NCBI GenBank assembly: GCA_019313245.1 | Contig: JAFDBP010000040.1 | Span: 1-53,308 of the forward strand | DNA length: 53,308 bases | Direction of reading: 5' to 3' | DNA from: Deltaproteobacteria bacterium | Lineage (GTDB): Bacteria; Myxococcota_A; UBA9160; SMWR01 | Shown: in pieces, positions 38,447 to 50,611 of the stretch | Layout of the letters: each line of letters opens with the position of its first letter | How positions within the stretch are numbered: the stretch's first letter is position 1 | Notes under the pieces: generated by a model | Seen by the model: only the letters and a program-made list of their open reading frames with translations | What the model was told of the DNA's origin: nothing | The model's database searches: none | Position numbers and translations under genes: made by a program

Positions 38447-38836
38447 CTACTCGGGATCCAGTACGAGGATCGCGTCGATCTCCACGGACACGCCCAGCGG
38501 TAGCGAGGCCACACCGATCGCCGCGCGAGCGGGATAGGGCTCGTCGAAGAACCGCGCCATGACTTCGTTGACGTGCGGGAAGTTAACGAGGTCCGTCAAG
38601 TAGACGGTCAGTTTCGCGACGTTCGCGAGCGATCCCCCGGCCGCCTCTGCGACTGCCCTGAGATTCTCGAAAACCCGCTCGATTTGCTGCTCGATCGACC
38701 CGTCCACCAGCTTCATCGTGGCGGGGTCGAGCGGGATCTGACCGGAGAGGTAGACAGTCTCGCCGGTTCGAATGGCCTGGGAGTAACTCCCGATCGCTTT
38801 GGGTGCTTTGTCGGTGTGGATGGGTTTCCTGTTCAT
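38447..38836 (-). CDS. ridA: RidA/YjgF/UK114 family reactive-intermediate deaminase
   Basis: [22 protein letters not shown] and [20 protein letters not shown] motifs. Confidence 0.93.
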   Translation of the reverse strand: MNRKPIHTDKAPKAIGSYSQAIRTGETVYLSGQIPLDPATMKLVDGSIEQQIERVFENLRAVAEAAGGSLANVAKLTVYLTDLVNFPHVNEVMARFFDEPYPARAAIGVASLPLGVSVEIDAILVLDPE

Positions 38837-38962
38837 GCTCCAGATATTAGCGGTGTGGATGCGCGGCGCCTGCGATGCTTTAATCTGCGCGCCAAGAGTC
38901 GATCTCCGCATCTTCGGCACCGCGACTCGAATCTGATTCGGATCAGTCTGGGGGGAAGATCG

Positions 38963-40225
38963 TTGGACGCGAGCCCGCTCGGAATTCCCATGGTTCTCTG
39001 GATTGCGGGCGGACTCGCCATGTACATGGCGTGGGCGATCGGCGCCAACGACGTCGCCAACGCGATGGGCACGAGCGTCGGCTCTGGTGCGCTGACGATC
39101 CGCCGAGCGGTCATCGTGGCTGCGGTGCTCGAGTTTTCGGGAGCGCTGTTCGTGGGCGGCCACGTTACGGACACCGTCCGTAAGGGCATGCTCGACATGC
39201 AGCTCGTCCAGGCGGATCCGCAGCTGCTTCTCTACGGCATGCTGGGCGCGCTCGCAGCGGCGGCCACGCTGCTGGCCGTCGCGACCGCTTACGGCCTGCC
39301 GGTCTCGACCACGCACTCGATCGTGGGTGCGATCGTCGGCTTCGGCTCGGTGGCACTCGGCGCCGAGGCCGTCAACTGGAGCAAGGTCGCGCAGATCGTG
39401 GCCTCGTGGGTCACGTCACCGCTGATCGGCGGTGTGCTCGCCTTCCTGACCTTCAACCTGGTTCGCCAGCTGATTCTCGATCGCGAGGACCCATTCGAGT
39501 CGGCGCGGCGGACCGGTCCGTTCTTCTTCTTCTTCGTCACGTTCGTGATCGGACTCGTGACGCTGTTCAAGGGGCTCAAGAACCTCAAATTGAATTTCGA
39601 CTTGCCCGAGGCGCTCGCGCTCTCTTTCGCGATCGGAATCGTGGGCGCCGTGCTGGGTTGGTGGGTCATCCACCGCGTCAAACGCGCGACCCCGGCAGGC
39701 AAGGACAGGCGTTTCGGCGGAGTGGAGCGGATCTTCGTGGTGCTCCAGATCATGACCGCCTGCGCGGTCGCGTTCGCGCACGGCTCGAACGACGTCGCCA
39801 ACTCGATCGGACCCTTGGCGGCCGTCGCGGCCGTGGTGCGGGACGCGGACCTCAGCCAGAAGGCGCCCGTCGAAATCTGGATGCTCGTGATTGGCGGCAT
39901 CGGAATCGTCTTCGGACTCGCGACCTGGGGCTATCGGGTGATGGAAACCGTGGGCCGAAAGATCACCGAACTCACGCCGAGCCGCGGTTTCTCCGCGGAA
40001 ATGGCGGCCGCGTTGACGATCGTGCTGGCATCTCGGCTCGGCATTCCGGTGTCGACCACGCACATTCTGGTCGGATCCGTGCTGGGCGTCGGGCTCGCCC
40101 GCGGGATCGGGGCCCTCGACCTGCGGGTGGTGGGGCGAATCCTGGTGTCGTGGGTCGCCACGCTTCCCATCGCAGCGGCGTTGTCGATATTCTTCTTCTA
40201 CTTCTTCAAAGGGCTGCTTTCCTAG
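38963..40225 (+). CDS. PiT family inorganic phosphate transporter (start TTG 38963 or ATG 38990)
   Basis: Duplicated [16 protein letters not shown] and PVSTTH signature motifs. Confidence 0.93.
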   Translation: MDASPLGIPMVLWIAGGLAMYMAWAIGANDVANAMGTSVGSGALTIRRAVIVAAVLEFSGALFVGGHVTDTVRKGMLDMQLVQADPQLLLYGMLGALAAAATLLAVATAYGLPVSTTHSIVGAIVGFGSVALGAEAVNWSKVAQIVASWVTSPLIGGVLAFLTFNLVRQLILDREDPFESARRTGPFFFFFVTFVIGLVTLFKGLKNLKLNFDLPEALALSFAIGIVGAVLGWWVIHRVKRATPAGKDRRFGGVERIFVVLQIMTACAVAFAHGSNDVANSIGPLAAVAAVVRDADLSQKAPVEIWMLVIGGIGIVFGLATWGYRVMETVGRKITELTPSRGFSAEMAAALTIVLASRLGIPVSTTHILVGSVLGVGLARGIGALDLRVVGRILVSWVATLPIAAALSIFFFYFFKGLLS

Positions 40226-40237
40226 GAGGCACGGGTC

Positions 40238-40906
40238 ATGTCATTGATTGCCAATCTCTTCGGCCAATCGCCAATCCGCCCGATGCAGGAGCACATGCGG
40301 GCGGCGGTCGAATGCGCGCGGCAGATCCTGCCGCTGTTCGAGGAGATGGTCGCCGGTGACAAGGCCGCCATTGCGAATCGGCGCCAGGAGATCGATCGCC
40401 TGGAGCACAATGCCGATCGGATCAAGAACGAGATCCGAAGCAATCTTCCCAAGCGCATGTTCCTGGCCGTCGAACGCAGGGACATGCTGGAGATCCTCGA
40501 CTACCAGGATTCGATTGCGGACGTCGCCCAGGACATCGCAGAAATCGCCGACCTGCGGGGCATGGTCGTCCCCAAGGAACTCGCCGAAGCGTTTCTCGAT
40601 CTGGTTCGGCGGGTCGTGTCGGCTTGCGAACAGGCCGAACTCGTGATCAACGAGTTGGATGAGTTGGTGGAGACCGGATTTCGCGGCCGCGAAGTGGTGC
40701 GCGTGGACCAGATGATCGAGGAGCTGTCGCGGATGGAAACCCACACCGACGACCTCGAAGAGCGCGTCAAGCGGCTTCTATTCGGCATCGAGGACGAACT
40801 CGGGATCTCGGCCATCTTCTGGTACCGGCTGATCGACGATGTCGGCAATATGGCCGACTACGCGGAGCGCGTGGGCAATCGCCTGCGGCTGCTCACCGCG
40901 AATTGA
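40238..40906 (+). CDS. DUF47/TIGR00153 PhoU-like phosphate transport regulator
   Basis: LFGQSPIRPMQEH, LEHNADRIK and QDSIAD motifs. Directly downstream of the PiT gene. Confidence 0.9.
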   Translation: MSLIANLFGQSPIRPMQEHMRAAVECARQILPLFEEMVAGDKAAIANRRQEIDRLEHNADRIKNEIRSNLPKRMFLAVERRDMLEILDYQDSIADVAQDIAEIADLRGMVVPKELAEAFLDLVRRVVSACEQAELVINELDELVETGFRGREVVRVDQMIEELSRMETHTDDLEERVKRLLFGIEDELGISAIFWYRLIDDVGNMADYAERVGNRLRLLTAN

Positions 40907-42443
40907 TCTGCGGAAGGCGGTGCTTCTGAACCTTGCCGCTCGCGGTGCGCGGCAGGGAGTCCACGACGACGAACTCGCTCGGTAGCTTGAATCGCGCGAG
41001 CCGCTCGCTCGCCCAGGCGAGCAATGCCTCCGCGTCGATTGCGCTGCCCTCGGTGGGCACCACGTAAGCTCTCCCGGTTTCTCCCCACTTCGCGTGCGGA
41101 ATACCGGTGACGGCGACTTCCCGGATCGCCGGGTGTTCGGCGAAGGCATTCTCGATCTCGGCCGGATAGACGTTCTCTCCGCCCGAGATGTACATCTCGC
41201 GCGCCCGCGCCACGAGGGTGACGAATCCCTCCTCGTCGACGGTCGCGAGGTCGCCCGTGCGCACCCAGCCATCGCGTAGTGTCTCCGCAGTCGCCTCCGG
41301 GAGATTCCAGTAGCCGAGAAAGGTGATCGGGCCGCGCGCCACGATTTCGCCGGTTTCGCCTACGGCGACGTCGCGCCAGCCTCCGATCCGGTCCGAGAGC
41401 GTCTCGCGGTCGATGACGCGGAGTTCGACGTGAAAGACCGGACGGCCGACGCTGCCCGCTTTGCGGATGGCGTCCCGGGCGTCGAGGCAACACAGAATCG
41501 AAGTCTCGGTCTGTCCGTAGCCCTGTTTCAACAACAGGCCGCGCTTCTCGAATGCGAGCACCAATTCTGTCGACACCGCGGCGCCCGCGGTGAACATGAA
41601 CCGCAGCGAATCGCGCTCGAGGCGGGTTGCGGGTTCGCGTCCGAGGGCCTCCAGCAGCGATTGAAACATCGTCGGTACGCCACCGAGCAGTGTGATCCGC
41701 TCGCGGTCGACGAGCTTCCACAGCTCGTCCGGGTCGAAGCGCGGCATCAGGTGAACGCTGCCACCCGCGTAGAGGGTCGGGAGCGCGAGGATCAACAGCC
41801 CGAAGGAGTGAAAGAGGGGTAGGGGCACGAGGGTTCGATCGCTGCGGGTCAACTCGAAGTACAGCTGCGCGTTGAGGCTGTTGAAGAGCGCCTTTCGATG
41901 CGGGAGCAACGCGCCCTTGGGAAAGCCGGTGGTTCCCGAGGTGTAGAGCAGGAGCATCGGATCGTCGGGAGAGACCGGCTCGAGATCGCCCGCTGGCTGC
42001 GCCGCTTCCAATGCCGCCTCGTAGGGATCGTCTTCGCCACCGCACGCGATTCGCCGCATCCGAGACAGCTGGCCGAGTTCGGCCGCCGCCTCGGCCTGCG
42101 CGGCGAGTTCGCTCTCGTGGATCAGGACGCGGGGCTTGCAGTCCTCGAGGATGCGTCGGATCTCCGGTGGCGTGAAGCGCGCGTTGACCGGGACCGCGAT
42201 GGCACCGAGGCGGGCGGTGGCGAAGACGGTTTCGATGTAGGCGCTGCGGTTGCCGAGCAGGATCGCGACGCGGTCGCCGCGCTCGACGCCCGCGTCGCGC
42301 AATACGGCCGCGCAGCGCCGGGTTCGATCGCAGAGCGCCGCGTAGTCGAGATCGCGCTCGGCGTCGACGATCGCGCGCCGGTCGCCAGCGGTATCGGCGT
42401 GCCGATCGAGCCAGCGGCCGACGTTGTGGGTCGGGGATTCCAC
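40893..42443 (-). CDS. AMP-forming acyl-CoA synthetase (FadD/MenE-like)
   Basis: YTSGTTGFPKG, GYGQTE, RTGD, SGGENVYPAEIE and LPRTASGKVQK motifs. Confidence 0.93.
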   Translation of the reverse strand: MESPTHNVGRWLDRHADTAGDRRAIVDAERDLDYAALCDRTRRCAAVLRDAGVERGDRVAILLGNRSAYIETVFATARLGAIAVPVNARFTPPEIRRILEDCKPRVLIHESELAAQAEAAAELGQLSRMRRIACGGEDDPYEAALEAAQPAGDLEPVSPDDPMLLLYTSGTTGFPKGALLPHRKALFNSLNAQLYFELTRSDRTLVPLPLFHSFGLLILALPTLYAGGSVHLMPRFDPDELWKLVDRERITLLGGVPTMFQSLLEALGREPATRLERDSLRFMFTAGAAVSTELVLAFEKRGLLLKQGYGQTETSILCCLDARDAIRKAGSVGRPVFHVELRVIDRETLSDRIGGWRDVAVGETGEIVARGPITFLGYWNLPEATAETLRDGWVRTGDLATVDEEGFVTLVARAREMYISGGENVYPAEIENAFAEHPAIREVAVTGIPHAKWGETGRAYVVPTEGSAIDAEALLAWASERLARFKLPSEFVVVDSLPRTASGKVQKHRLPQINSR

Positions 42444-42582
42444 TCGCGGTGCTTACCGGAGCCACCCGCGACGCGCCAGCGGTGCCGGCTTTGCCGTCTG
42501 ATCCGCTCGCCCAGAGCTGCCGCGCGGTTCGAGCCGGGATGCCGCCAGACCCGGTCCGGCTCGGGCGTACTAAACTCGGGTC

Positions 42583-43617
42583 ATGTTGATCGGCGAATTG
42601 AAACGGGCGGTGGATGCGCTCGGCCTAAGTGGTCGGAGCGTTCTGGTGGCCGTTTCGGGCGGCCTCGATTCGAACGCGCTGGCTCACGCGCTCCTAGAAA
42701 TCGCTGGAGAAAAGGACCTCAAGTTGTCGATTGGACACGTGAATCACGCCCTGCGAGGGAGCGAATCGGAGGCCGATCAAGCGTCGGTCGCAGAACTCGC
42801 GAGGCAGCTCGGCGTTCCCGTCTTCAGCCGCCGCGCCGAGCCCGAGCAGCTGCGCGTGGAGCGCTCGAGTCGCGAACGGCCCACGATTCAGGAAGCCGCG
42901 CGAACCCTGCGTTACCGGGCGCTGCGGGAGATGGCCGCGGAGGCCGGTTGCTCGCAGATCGCCACGGCCCACAACGCAAACGACCAGGCCGAAACCGTAC
43001 TGCTGCGCCTATTTCGCGGATCGGGCCCCGACGGTCTGGGTGGGATCCCCGAGCGCTCCGCCGACGGTGTGGTGGTGAGGCCACTGCTGCGCGTCAATCG
43101 GGCGCAGATCGCAGCCTACGTCGCTGAGAGAGGTTTTGAGTGGCGCGAGGACCGATCGAACAGCAGTGTCGCCTACGCGCGCAATCGGCTGCGGCTGCAC
43201 TGGTTGCCGGGGCTGGCCGCGGACTTCAACGATCAGTTGCTCATGGCCGTAGGCAATCTGGCCGAAGCGCAGAGGCGAGACTCGGAGTGGATCGGCCAGC
43301 TGGTCGAACGAGAGGCGGCGCTGCGATTTACAGCCGAGGGTTGCTGGTTGCGGACGCGTGCAGAGGATTGGGCCGATCTGCCGGAAGCGCTCGCTCGCCG
43401 GCTCGCGCGTTGGGGGTTGCGGCGATGTGGCGGAGAGCGAGACGCGACGCGAGTGCACCTGAAGCGGATGCTCGATTTTCTTCGCGCGGCGAAATCCGGC
43501 ACGCGAATCGAATTGCCGGGCGGTACGCGCCTCGAGCGCGACCGAGAGGGATTTCGACTGGGCCCGATCGAATCGACGGAGCCGAGCGAACCAAGAGGGC
43601 GGGGTGGGTGTCGATAG
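42583..43617 (+). CDS. tilS: tRNA(Ile)-lysidine synthetase
   Basis: VAVSGGLDS PP-loop, HVNHALR, AARTLRY, TAHNANDQAET and ARNRLR motifs. Confidence 0.93.
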   Translation: MLIGELKRAVDALGLSGRSVLVAVSGGLDSNALAHALLEIAGEKDLKLSIGHVNHALRGSESEADQASVAELARQLGVPVFSRRAEPEQLRVERSSRERPTIQEAARTLRYRALREMAAEAGCSQIATAHNANDQAETVLLRLFRGSGPDGLGGIPERSADGVVVRPLLRVNRAQIAAYVAERGFEWREDRSNSSVAYARNRLRLHWLPGLAADFNDQLLMAVGNLAEAQRRDSEWIGQLVEREAALRFTAEGCWLRTRAEDWADLPEALARRLARWGLRRCGGERDATRVHLKRMLDFLRAAKSGTRIELPGGTRLERDREGFRLGPIESTEPSEPRGRGGCR

Positions 43618-43741
43618 CCCGTGCTAGTCTTCCGATGACGCGGGTTTGCGGCTGCGCCCGAGGCGCAGACACGACTGGCCCATTCCGGTCCTGTCCGGGC
43701 CGAAAATCCGTTCACAGCCGAGATCTGGTTTGGGGGTGTGG

Positions 43742-45667
<1,926 letters not shown>

Positions 45668-45669
45668 GA

Positions 45670-46536
45670 GTGCCCTTGACTGCGTCGACGATCTTTCCGC
45701 GCGAGCGCGTGACGGTCGTCGGTGTCCTGAACACCACCCCGGATTCCTTCTCGGATGGAGGGCGTCTGGTGGATGATCGGGATGCCGCAAACGTGGATGC
45801 CGCGGTCGCCGCGGCCGCGCAGATGATCGATGCGGGCGCGCAGATGATCGACGTGGGTGGCGAGTCCACCCGCCCCGGTGCGCTGGAGATCCCCCAGGCG
45901 ATCGAGATCGATCGCACCGCGCCGGTCGTGGAGGCGCTCGCCAAGCGCTTCGCGGTCGCGATTTCGATCGACACCCGCAAGGCCGCGGTCGCCGAAGCCG
46001 CCATTGAAGCGGGAGCCCGGATCGTCAACGACGTGTCGGGATTGCGCTTCGACGCAGCGCTCGCCGACGTCGCCGCGGCAGCCGGGGCGTCTCTGATCGT
46101 CGGCCACCTGCGCGGAACGCCCGAAACCATGCAGCAGAACCCGCATTTCGACGATGTGCTCGCTGAGGTGATCTCGGAGCTCGGCGTTTCGCTCGCCGCA
46201 GCGCGCGCAGCCGGCATCCCCGACGAGCGGCTGGCTGTCGATCCCGGGATCGGCTTCGGCAAGCGCCTGGAAGACAACCTCGCGCTGCTGGCCAATGCGG
46301 GCAGCATCGGGGCGAGTCTGGGCTTGCCCGTTCTGGTGGGGCCGTCCCGGAAGGCATTTCTCGGCAGCTTGACGGGCGATCCAGTAGAGTGTCGAGACGC
46401 GGCTACTGCGGCCGCGTGTGCAGTGGCTATCTTTGCGGGAGCGGATGCAGTGCGTGTCCATGATGTGACCGGAGCCATTCGAGCAGCAGCCGTTGCGGCC
46501 GCATTGCGCGATGCGCGACGGGAGGCGATCGCGTGA
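45670..46536 (+). CDS. folP: Dihydropteroate synthase
   Basis: LNTTPDSFSDGG, GGESTRPG, DPGIGFGK, SRK and RVHDV motifs. Confidence 0.96.
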   Translation: MPLTASTIFPRERVTVVGVLNTTPDSFSDGGRLVDDRDAANVDAAVAAAAQMIDAGAQMIDVGGESTRPGALEIPQAIEIDRTAPVVEALAKRFAVAISIDTRKAAVAEAAIEAGARIVNDVSGLRFDAALADVAAAAGASLIVGHLRGTPETMQQNPHFDDVLAEVISELGVSLAAARAAGIPDERLAVDPGIGFGKRLEDNLALLANAGSIGASLGLPVLVGPSRKAFLGSLTGDPVECRDAATAAACAVAIFAGADAVRVHDVTGAIRAAAVAAALRDARREAIA

Positions 46537-47483
46537 TCGAATACCTCTGGGAACTCTGGGGAGAACTCTGGGAATATCTGTCCGCGAATTACGACCCCCT
46601 CCGCGACACGATCGACATCCTTCTGGTCGCTCTCGGGATCTACTGGTTGCTGCTATTGATGCGCGGCACCCGGGCGGTCCAGATCCTGGTGGGCCTGATC
46701 GTGCTCGTGGTCGCGAACGTGGCGTCGGATCTCTTCAACCTGCTCACGATGAGCGAGATCCTCGACAAGCTCACCGAACCCGCGGTGATCATCATCGTGA
46801 TCCTGTTTCAGCACGACATCCGGCGCGCACTCGCGCGGGTGGGTCGCGGCTTCTTCCGCTCGGTTTCGGATCAGAAGGAATCCCAGATGCTCGAAGAGGT
46901 GGTTCGCGCCGCCCAGGGGCTCGCGCAGCGGCGCGTGGGAGCGTTGATCGTATTGGAGCGCGAGACCGGGCTGGAGGATCAGATCGAAGCGGGAACCGCA
47001 CTCGACTCCAATGTTTCGAAGGATTTGCTGATTTCACTCTTCGTTCCGTATTCGCCGCTCCACGATGGGGCCGTGGTGATCCAACGCGGGCGCATCTCCT
47101 ACGCGGGCTGCATCCTCCCGCTCACACTCAGTGACCGCCTCCCGGAGGGCGTGGGCACGCGGCATCGGGCGGCAGTCGGGATTACCGAAGAGACGGATGC
47201 CCTGGTGATCGTGGTTTCCGAAGAGACGGCATCGATCTCGGCCGTGATGGGCGGCGAAATGGTGAGCGATCTGGATGCAGCGCGATTGCGGGTCGTCTTG
47301 CGAGACGCGATGAGTGGTGCGATGGAGCTTCACGCGCCCGAGGAGGCTGCGACCGCGGCGGCTGAACTGCAGCCCGGCGGCGACGGCGATGCGCGGACGG
47401 ATCTCGGGTCGGTTGGATCCGATGAGGAAGCCGCCGCGGAGCAGAGCGCCAACCAGAGCCAACAGGTTCGTTCGGCGGGATAG
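46533..47483 (+). CDS. cdaA: Membrane diadenylate cyclase CdaA/DacA
   Basis: Three TMs, PLHDGAV, GTRHRAA and VVSEET motifs. Confidence 0.95.
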   Translation: MIEYLWELWGELWEYLSANYDPLRDTIDILLVALGIYWLLLLMRGTRAVQILVGLIVLVVANVASDLFNLLTMSEILDKLTEPAVIIIVILFQHDIRRALARVGRGFFRSVSDQKESQMLEEVVRAAQGLAQRRVGALIVLERETGLEDQIEAGTALDSNVSKDLLISLFVPYSPLHDGAVVIQRGRISYAGCILPLTLSDRLPEGVGTRHRAAVGITEETDALVIVVSEETASISAVMGGEMVSDLDAARLRVVLRDAMSGAMELHAPEEAATAAAELQPGGDGDARTDLGSVGSDEEAAAEQSANQSQQVRSAG

Positions 47484-47484
47484 A

Positions 47485-48156
47485 ATGCGCGCTTACCAGA
47501 TTCGCTACGGCCTGCTTGCACTCGCGATTTCCGCGGCCCTCTGGGGGATGTCGCACGGCTCGTCGAAGATCGAGCGCGGTTTCGACATTCCGGTGGCCTT
47601 CGTCGGGATGCCCGAAGAACTCGTGATCACACGCAAGAGCACCCAGGAGATCAACATTCGCGTGCTGGGGCCACGGGCTGCGCTCCGAGACATTTCCAGC
47701 AAGGACATCGAATACGCGGTCAATCTCGAGGGTGCGAAACCCGGAAACGCGGTCTACCTCGTCGACGAAACCACCCTGGTGATGCCCCAGGGCGCGCGGA
47801 TCCTGAGCCGCTCGCCGGCCACCATCGAATTGAAATTCGAGCGGAAGAGCCGAAAATCGGTCCGCGTCACGGCCGATCTGGAGGGCGAGCCCGCGGAGGG
47901 CTTCGTGTTCACCGAAGTGGGGATCGACCCGCCCCGGGTCTGGCTCGAAGGTGCCCGCAGCAAGGTGCTCCGGCTTTCCGAGGTAATGACCGAAACGATC
48001 GATGTGGCCGGACTGAGTGCGCCCCTCGAGCGCGAAGTCCGGCTCTCGCTGGGTGTGGATCACATCTGGGTCGAAGACGACAAGCCGGTCAAGTTGCGAA
48101 TTCAGGTCGATCCGATTCCGGATCTCGTAGCCGAGGAGGGTGTCGGAAATGAGTGA
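47485..48156 (+). CDS. cdaR: CdaR (YbbR-domain) regulator
   Basis: N-terminal TM and two YbbR-like domains. Lies between cdaA and glmM. Confidence 0.88.
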   Translation: MRAYQIRYGLLALAISAALWGMSHGSSKIERGFDIPVAFVGMPEELVITRKSTQEINIRVLGPRAALRDISSKDIEYAVNLEGAKPGNAVYLVDETTLVMPQGARILSRSPATIELKFERKSRKSVRVTADLEGEPAEGFVFTEVGIDPPRVWLEGARSKVLRLSEVMTETIDVAGLSAPLEREVRLSLGVDHIWVEDDKPVKLRIQVDPIPDLVAEEGVGNE

Positions 48157-49525
48157 GAAGCGGCTGTTCGGTACCGACGGTGTTCGGGGAACGGCCAACG
48201 TACACCCGATGACGGCTGAGATGGCGCTGTCGCTGGGCCAGGCGATCGCGCGGGTCTTTCGCACGGACGGCACCCGCAACCGCCGCATCATCATCGGAAA
48301 GGACACGCGGCTATCGGGCTATCTGTTCGAGGATGCGCTCGCGGCCGGAATCTGTTCGATGGGTGTGGACGTGATCCAGGTGGGCCCGATGCCCACGCCG
48401 GGCATGGCTTTTCTGACCGCGGACATGCGCTGCCAGGCGGGCGTGATGATTTCGGCCAGCCACAATCCGTACCACGACAACGGGATCAAGTTCTTTTCGA
48501 GCGACGGCTACAAGTTGCCCGACTCGATCGAACGCGACATCGAAAAGTTGATCGCCTCGGGAGACCTCCCCGGACTTCGCGCGCCGGCCGATGAGATCGG
48601 GCGCGCGCATCGGATCGAAGATGTCGCCGGGCGCTACGTGGTCTTCCTGAAGAAGACATTTCCGATCGATCTTTCACTTGACGGCGTGCGCGTGGTCCTC
48701 GATTGCGCGAATGGCGCTTCGTACAAGGTGGGACCGACCGTGCTGGAAGAACTCGGCGCGGAGGTCTTCCGCCTCGGCGTTTCGCCCAATGGGCGCAACA
48801 TCAACGAGGGCTGTGGCTCGCTCCACCCCGAGAAGGTGTCCGAGAAGGTCAAGGAAGTTCGCGCCGATGTGGGTATCGCACTCGATGGGGATGCCGACCG
48901 CGTCGTGATGGTCGACGAAAAGGGCGCAATCCTCGACGGCGACCAATTGCTCGCGCTGTGTGCGCGGGACATGGTGGAGCGCGGCGTCTTGCGCGGCGGA
49001 CAGGTCGTCGCGACCGTGATGAGCAACCTCGGCCTCGAGGAGGCGCTCGGGGAATTGGACATTGGGTTGCTTCGAACCCAGGTGGGCGACCGCTACGTCG
49101 TGGATGCCATGCGCGAGGGCGGATTCAATCTCGGCGGCGAGCAGTCCGGTCACATCATCTTTCTGGATCACAACACCAGCGGAGATGGCCTGATCACGGC
49201 GCTGCAGGTACTCGCCTACATGCGACGCAAAGAGAGCACGCTTTCCGAATTGACGACGGATTTCGTTCGGTATCCGCAAGTGCTGAAGAACGTGCGTGTC
49301 GCCAAGAAGACACCGATCGACGAGCTTCCCGAAATTCTGCGATCGATCGAAAAGGTCGAACGCGCACTGATGGGCCGCGGACTGAAGGGCCGCGGGCGCG
49401 TTCTGGTGCGGTACAGCGGGACCGAGCCGTTGGCCCGCATCATGATCGAAGGCGACGACGAGAAGAAAATTGCCGAATACGCAAACGATCTCGCCGGCGA
49501 TCTGCGTCGCGCACTGGGAGGGTGA
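48149..49525 (+). CDS. glmM: Phosphoglucosamine mutase
   Basis: [32 protein letters not shown] and RYSGTEP motifs. Confidence 0.97.
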   Translation: MSEKRLFGTDGVRGTANVHPMTAEMALSLGQAIARVFRTDGTRNRRIIIGKDTRLSGYLFEDALAAGICSMGVDVIQVGPMPTPGMAFLTADMRCQAGVMISASHNPYHDNGIKFFSSDGYKLPDSIERDIEKLIASGDLPGLRAPADEIGRAHRIEDVAGRYVVFLKKTFPIDLSLDGVRVVLDCANGASYKVGPTVLEELGAEVFRLGVSPNGRNINEGCGSLHPEKVSEKVKEVRADVGIALDGDADRVVMVDEKGAILDGDQLLALCARDMVERGVLRGGQVVATVMSNLGLEEALGELDIGLLRTQVGDRYVVDAMREGGFNLGGEQSGHIIFLDHNTSGDGLITALQVLAYMRRKESTLSELTTDFVRYPQVLKNVRVAKKTPIDELPEILRSIEKVERALMGRGLKGRGRVLVRYSGTEPLARIMIEGDDEKKIAEYANDLAGDLRRALGG

Positions 49526-49529
49526 TCTG

Positions 49530-50240
49530 ATTCGGCGTTTGGTTCTGGTTCTGGATGCCCTGGTCGGTCTCCGCGAGGCGACCCACAGCGGGGATGTGGA
49601 TGTGGCGGCGGCGGTTACGCTCGCAGAACTCGCCGGTGTCGATGCCGTGCGGCTCGGGATCGATGACGAGTTGAAGCCCGTCGCAGAGAGCGACGTGCGC
49701 AATGCGCGCAGGGCGGCCCGGCGCTTCGAGCTTTGCATGGCAGCGAGCCCCGGACTCTTGAAGGTCGCGCTCGAAGCCCGACCCGACCGGGTGCTGCTCG
49801 CGGCCGGCGCTCGAGAAGCGGGATGGGTGGGTGGCCCGTTGGATCTGCGCGCGGGGCGTCAGCCGCTGACACCTGTGATGCACGGCCTTCAAGAAGCGGG
49901 AATTCCCGTCTCGCTGCGGGTGCATCCACGACTCGATGCGGTCAAGGTCGCGCATGCGGAAGGCGCGACCGGAGTCGAACTCTATACCGGTGCGATGCTC
50001 GATCTACCCGAGGCGGAGCGCCGGACAGAATTGGAGGCGCTCTCCGATGCGGTTCGACTGGCGGCCAAATTGCGCCTGCGCATCGCGATCGGCGGCGGGC
50101 TCGGCTACGCGACCGCCCCGGAGGTGCTCGCCGGTGTCCCCGCTACCGAAATCGTCGCGGTTGGCAGAGCCGCCATATCGCGGGCGCTGCTGGTGGGCCT
50201 GGATCGCGCCGTTCGCGACCTGAGGGCCGCCGTCCAGTGA
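49530..50240 (+). CDS. pdxJ: PdxJ (pyridoxine 5'-phosphate synthase)-like protein lacking catalytic residues; start codon uncertain
   Basis: Fold motifs (AELAGVDA, VELYTG, GGGLGY, VGRAAISRALLVGLDRAV) and position between glmM and acpS. The conserved His/Glu/Arg residues are replaced. Confidence 0.72.
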   Translation: MRRLVLVLDALVGLREATHSGDVDVAAAVTLAELAGVDAVRLGIDDELKPVAESDVRNARRAARRFELCMAASPGLLKVALEARPDRVLLAAGAREAGWVGGPLDLRAGRQPLTPVMHGLQEAGIPVSLRVHPRLDAVKVAHAEGATGVELYTGAMLDLPEAERRTELEALSDAVRLAAKLRLRIAIGGGLGYATAPEVLAGVPATEIVAVGRAAISRALLVGLDRAVRDLRAAVQ

Positions 50241-50611
50241 TCGTCGGAGTCGGGATCGAACTCGTGGATCGGGCGCGATTCGAATCTCTTCTCGAAAGAT
50301 ATGGCGATCGGTTGCGGAAAAAGTTGTTCACCGACGGCGAGCGCGAATACGCGGCCCGCAAGAAGCGAGGTGGCGAGAGCCTTGCGGTCCGCTTCGCGGC
50401 GAAACTCGCCGCCAGACGCGCGCTGGGCACCCGCGCGGTGGGTTGGCGCGACATCGAAGTGGTCCGGAGTCGTCAGGGGCCGCCCACACTTCGGCTGGCA
50501 GGGGCTGCCGATCGCGCGGCGAGGCGCGCGGGGGTTTCGAAGATTGCGCTCACGCTGACCCACGACGCGCAGTGGTGTGTCGGGCAGGTGATCCTGGAAT
50601 CCGCCCAATGA
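50237..50611 (+). CDS. acpS: Holo-ACP synthase AcpS-like protein with substituted acidic catalytic residues
   Basis: MIVGVGIELVD, LFTDGE, LAVRFAAKLA, WRDIEV and LTLTHD motifs. The GTG start overlaps the pdxJ stop. Confidence 0.8.
   Translation: MIVGVGIELVDRARFESLLERYGDRLRKKLFTDGEREYAARKKRGGESLAVRFAAKLAARRALGTRAVGWRDIEVVRSRQGPPTLRLAGAADRAARRAGVSKIALTLTHDAQWCVGQVILESAQ

Noticed and set aside
1-38450. The cytochrome locus as a horizontally acquired genomic island
   Set aside because: No integrase, tRNA, flanking direct repeats or obvious compositional break is visible, and the left boundary lies outside the window.
40893-42443. Specific call menE
   Set aside because: The motifs identify only the ANL acyl-CoA synthetase family, and no other men genes are adjacent.
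46540-46580. GAACTCTGGG microrepeat at the start of cdaA (EYLWELWGELWEYL)
   Set aside because: A short in-frame repeat in a variable N-terminus, with no evidence of phase variation.
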